Assembly (NCBI GenBank): GCA_016181165.1
Contig: JACOZU010000003.1
Location: forward strand, 1 to 36,698
Source of the DNA: Candidatus Woesebacteria bacterium
GTDB taxonomy: Bacteria; Patescibacteriota; Microgenomatia; UBA8517
Length of the DNA: 36,698 nt
Direction of reading: 5' to 3'
Shown here in pieces: positions 35,284-36,698 of the stretch. A program made the translations under genes and the position numbers. The notes below the pieces were generated by a model. It did no database searches and was not told where the DNA came from. It worked only from the letters and a program-made list of their open reading frames with translations. The number at the start of each line of letters is the position of its first letter. The first letter of the stretch is position 1.

Positions 35284-35416
35284 AAACAAGCGTAATCAGT
35301 TAAACAATATACGCTTTATGACTCGGCGTTTCAACTCCGCTCAGAGAACATGAAGGTGAAACTGCTTTGCACCTGGGGTCGTTATAGTCTTTAGGATGGC
35401 TGACGACTCGTCCGCC

Positions 35417-35425
35417 TGTTAAAAT
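35417..35425 (+). promoter_or_regulatory. Putative extended -10 promoter (TGtTAAAAT), 6 nt upstream of the NUDIX ATG
   Basis: TG at 35417-35418, TAAAAT at 35420-35425, the 6 nt taagca, then ATG 35432. No Shine-Dalgarno. An 11-bp palindrome GACGACTCGTC at 35402-35412 lies just upstream. Confidence 0.3.
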
Positions 35426-35431
35426 TAAGCA

Positions 35432-35860
35432 ATGAATAAAGGGCTTAATAAATTTCTTAACAAATCCGGCAATAACAAAATGTGTCCAGTGGCTTTCATT
35501 TTTAAAGATGGCAAACTACTGATTGGTTTAAGAGACTACACTCCAGATAAGTGGAAAAATATTTCTGTTTGGACTGCCCCAGGAGGAAGATGCGATAACG
35601 GAGAAACCTTGGAAACGACTCTTAGAAGAGAAGTTTACGAAGAGGTAGGCATCAACGAACTAAAATTTACCGATTATTTAGGAGGTGTTCCTGGGGCTAA
35701 AGAAGGTGATGTAATATTTGTTTTCAAGGCTGAAACAAATCAAGAACCAAAACTGCTTGAACCGAAAAAGTTTAGTGAGTGGAAATGGTGTGAACTTTCA
35801 GATATCCCTTCAAATTTCATAAATCCTGAATCTCTTAAACTTCTAAATATACAGGTTTAG
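35432..35860 (+). CDS. NUDIX hydrolase
   Basis: The Nudix box GGRCDNGETLETTLRREVYEEVGI fits Gx5Ex7REUxEExGU. Confidence 0.85.
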   Translation: MNKGLNKFLNKSGNNKMCPVAFIFKDGKLLIGLRDYTPDKWKNISVWTAPGGRCDNGETLETTLRREVYEEVGINELKFTDYLGGVPGAKEGDVIFVFKAETNQEPKLLEPKKFSEWKWCELSDIPSNFINPESLKLLNIQV

Positions 35861-35864
35861 CCTC

Positions 35865-35880
35865 AATTTTAGCTGGGGTG
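35865..35880. repeat. att-like core at the tRNA-His 3' end (AATTTTAGCTGGGGTG)
   Basis: Partner of the 34753-34769 repeat. Positions 35874-35880 are the last 7 nt (CACCCCA on the minus strand) of tRNA-His. Confidence 0.3.
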
Positions 35881-35951
35881 GCCAACGCGATTCGAACGCG
35901 CAACCTCTAGGTCCACAACCTAGCGCTCTAAACCGTTGAGCTATGGCCACC
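35874..35951 (-). tRNA. tRNA-His: tRNA-His (anticodon GTG) with genome-encoded G-1 and 3' CCA
   Basis: Folded by hand from the minus strand GGTGGCCATAGCTCAACGGTTTAGAGCGCTAGGTTGTGGACCTAGAGGTTGCGCGTTCGAATCGCGTTGGCCACCCCA. Acceptor stem GTGGCCA/TGGCCAC with an extra 5' G opposite C73. D stem GCTC/GAGC. Anticodon stem CTAGG/CCTAG with loop TTGTGGA. T arm GCGCG-TTCGAAT-CGCGT. It ends in CCA. Confidence 0.9.
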
Positions 35952-35962
35952 AAGTCTTAGAT

Positions 35963-35971
35963 ATTATACCA
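35963..35971 (-). promoter_or_regulatory. Putative extended -10 promoter (TGgTATAAT) for tRNA-His
   Basis: The minus strand reads ttttTGgTATAATatctaagactt followed by the tRNA 5' end, so the -10 hexamer ends 11 nt upstream of G-1. Confidence 0.35.
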
Positions 35972-35990
35972 AAAAATGGGTGCAGAAGAA

Positions 35991-36596
35991 CTATTCCGTA
36001 GCTATTTCTCTATAAACGACAAAAAGCACCAAAGACCCCAAAAGAGCAATCGTGCCGGCAGTTAAGAACAAAGAGCCGAAACCAAACTTTTCTGCTACAA
36101 ATCCTCCCAGTACGGCCGTTACTGCCCAGCTTAACTCGGTAGTGGTTGAATGCATCCCCCAGAGGAAAGACTCTCTTCCTTCTTCTATGTTTCTAGAAAA
36201 AAGGCCCATCCAGGCTGGGTAGGAGATAGCCCCGGCGACTCCGAAGAGAAATTCTATCAGGTAGATGTGTAAAGGAGATTTTGCCAGTATATAAAGAAGG
36301 ATGGCAATCGCCGAAAGTATACTTCCCAGAAAGGCCAGCCAAAAGTCTATTTTTTCGCCTTCGGTTTCATCTATTTTCATGCCTATTGGGATTTGCAGAA
36401 TGGATTTGGTCGCCAGATAGATAGCTTCAGCAATTCCTACCGTAACCAGCGTGGCTCCCGGTATTTGCTCGGTGACAAAAACGGCGAAAACAGGAGACAT
36501 TAAACCCCAGCCGGAGAAGATGATGACATCGGAGGCAACAAGAACCTTAAGGATCTTGTTGATGTTGAAGAGGTTTTTCCAGCCTACGCGATTCAT
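35991..36596 (-). CDS. Half-size (about 6 TM, 201 aa) MFS-like membrane protein
   Basis: ATG 36596 is preceded by SD AGGAG with a 7-nt spacer. There are six hydrophobic segments, and the sequence looks MFS-like (GWGLMSPVFAVFVTE..., GMKIDETEGEK loop). It stops 39 nt before tRNA-His, whereas typical MFS proteins have 12 TM and about 400 aa. Confidence 0.7.
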   Translation of the reverse strand: MNRVGWKNLFNINKILKVLVASDVIIFSGWGLMSPVFAVFVTEQIPGATLVTVGIAEAIYLATKSILQIPIGMKIDETEGEKIDFWLAFLGSILSAIAILLYILAKSPLHIYLIEFLFGVAGAISYPAWMGLFSRNIEEGRESFLWGMHSTTTELSWAVTAVLGGFVAEKFGFGSLFLTAGTIALLGSLVLFVVYREIATE

Positions 36597-36698
36597 ATGG
36601 GAGCTCCTGACGTGATCTTAGCCAGACTGCCAGAGTTTATCAGATTGTTCCTATCTGACGGTCTATTACCTGATTTAGTTTATGCTTTAGGTCTAAAA

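Noticed and set aside
35290-35431. Possible small ncRNA in the 142-bp divergent intergenic region (hairpins AGCGTA-N15-TACGCT at about 35289-35315, GGTG-N11-CACC at about 35355-35373)
   Set aside because: The stems are short (4-6 bp) with no terminator-like U-tract and no match to any RNA family I can recognise. The region is more simply explained as two divergent promoters.
1-36698. CRISPR arrays, transposases/IS elements, integrases, reverse transcriptases (DGR/retron), rRNA genes and inteins in dnaE or the uvr genes
   Set aside because: There are no regularly spaced repeats, and no DDE, tyrosine- or serine-recombinase or RT motifs in any listed ORF. dnaE and uvrA are collinear with their families without inserted domains.
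1-36698. Alternative genetic code (UGA recoding, as in some CPR lineages)
   Set aside because: Several well-supported genes end at TGA exactly where their families end (gatC, ORF1 of the cassette, gatB and eno via ATGA overlaps). No conserved gene is interrupted by an in-frame TGA, so the standard bacterial code fits.

Overview
This is a gene-dense 36.7-kb window, almost all of it on the plus strand. It looks like core chromosome of a small-genome bacterium, probably Patescibacteria/CPR-like. That placement is an inference from gene content and compact architecture: many 4-nt ATGA start/stop overlaps, short holA and uvrC, an archaeal-type PGI/PMI and a DUF5652-like mini-protein. The genetic code looks standard, because TGA is used as a stop.

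Gene order:
- A GalE-like gene remnant, then an orphan AT-rich stretch.
- htpX, gatC, gatA, an MFS gene, gatB, dnaE, rplS.
- An MBL-fold hydrolase, an RskA-like membrane protein, Mn-type sodA, a SurA-N/PrsA-like protein and a DUF5652-like protein.
- ruvC, a small beta-barrel protein, an HExxH metallopeptidase, holA.
- A glycolytic block: PMM/PGM, PGI/PMI, ppsA, eno, gpmI. Then dedA.
- A DNA-damage locus: lexA divergent from uvrB, a three-gene AT-rich cassette, uvrA, a transglutaminase-like envelope protein, uvrC.
- A DUF360/holin-IV-like protein, secG, a family-5 solute-binding protein.
- A small accessory islet (orphan ORFs plus NUDIX) abutting tRNA-His(GTG), then a half-size MFS gene.

Most interesting observations:
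1. An unassignable, compositionally foreign three-gene cassette (25093-26205) sits between uvrB and uvrA. It encodes two tandem paralogous small proteins and a 215-aa protein with a caspase/legumain/gingipain-like His...Cys strand pattern.
2. uvrB is otherwise highly conserved but carries two clean in-frame internal deletions. They remove the Q-motif and the first half of Walker A, and the motif-IV region.
3. Extended -10 promoters recur 4-8 nt upstream of ATG codons that lack a Shine-Dalgarno, suggesting leaderless mRNAs.
4. A perfect 18-bp tandem duplication lies directly upstream of the solute-binding protein gene.
5. An att-like direct repeat of the tRNA-His 3' end brackets a 1.1-kb islet.

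No CRISPR array, transposase, integrase or rRNA was seen. All family calls are motif recognition by eye; no database search was possible.
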